Below, piece by piece: positions 63,764-64,000 of a DNA stretch of 64,000 nucleotides. The notes below the pieces were generated by a model, which saw only the letters and a program-made list of their open reading frames with translations, was not told the origin of the DNA and did not search any database. Each line of letters begins with the position of its first letter. Position 1 is the first letter of the stretch. The translations under genes and the position numbers were made by a program. Source of the DNA: Pseudomonas phage WP1; the sequence record PP596839.1; one strand, 5' to 3'.

Positions 63764-64000
63764 AAGCCAAAACGTTTCCGGTCAAGGGCATGAAGACCGA
63801 GGCCATGCAGCACCAGTTCAATGCCCTGGCAGCTTCCCTAAACAAAAGAAATTTCGCCTACCTGATGGAACAGGGCACCGGGAAGACATGGACTACTTTG
63901 GCAGGCTCAGTTAGACTCTTCCTGCAAGGAAGGGTTGACGCTCTGCTCATCGTCGCCCCCAATGGCGTGCATACGAACTGGATTCTGCGCGAAATTCCTA
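63760..64000 (+). CDS. SNF2-family ATPase/helicase, N-terminal part (runs off the window end)
   Basis: ..LMEQGTGKTWTTLAGS..ALLIVAPNGVHTNWILREIP..; ATGA overlap with the upstream gene. Confidence 0.5.
   Translation, partial: MKAKTFPVKGMKTEAMQHQFNALAASLNKRNFAYLMEQGTGKTWTTLAGSVRLFLQGRVDALLIVAPNGVHTNWILREIP

Overview
The window reads as a nearly complete tailed-phage genome with a contractile tail, about 57% GC, arranged in strand-switching modules. Gene content and size loosely recall PB1-like Pseudomonas myoviruses, but that is an untested inference.

Coordinates 1-3750 on the plus strand carry early and nucleotide-metabolism genes: an unknown early protein, a holin-like glycine-zipper/TM protein, a MazG-like pyrophosphohydrolase, an ATP-dependent DNA ligase and a small basic protein.

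Coordinates 3768-26258 on the minus strand carry the late structural and lysis operon. In transcription order this is several small head genes, scaffold, a head protein, major capsid, head-tail genes, tail sheath, two paralogous small structural proteins, tape measure, baseplate proteins including a J-like protein, tail fiber, and a GH19 endolysin.

Coordinates 26860-30303 on the minus strand encode a portal-like protein and a Mu-F-like minor head protein.

Coordinates 30486-44860 on the plus strand are a block of small early genes. Each is driven by copies of one conserved promoter and leader. A T4-type large terminase on the minus strand (36856-38246) is embedded in this block.

Coordinates 46504-52309 on the minus strand carry a replication module: an SF3/D5-like primase-helicase, a primase-polymerase with a zinc ribbon, and accessory genes.

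Coordinates 52478-64000 on the plus strand carry a second replication and nucleotide module: a Dda-like SF1 helicase, an ER/K-rich TolA-like protein, a Rossmann FAD/NAD oxidoreductase, ThyX, a HAD phosphatase fusion, a DnaQ-like exonuclease, DnaE, a PD-(D/E)xK nuclease and a partial SNF2-like ATPase.

Two AT-rich noncoding regions (26380-26860 and 45950-46450) share an ~80-bp direct repeat containing CCAAATT iterons. A GT-rich degenerate repeat zone lies at 45670-45850.

Nearly every gene longer than ~600 bp is broken by 1-2 nt frame changes every 300-900 bp, while short genes are intact. This looks like indel noise from uncorrected long reads or in-silico mutation, not biology. All long-gene coordinates are therefore approximate spans over several ORF fragments. 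No rRNA, tRNA, CRISPR array or transposase was found.
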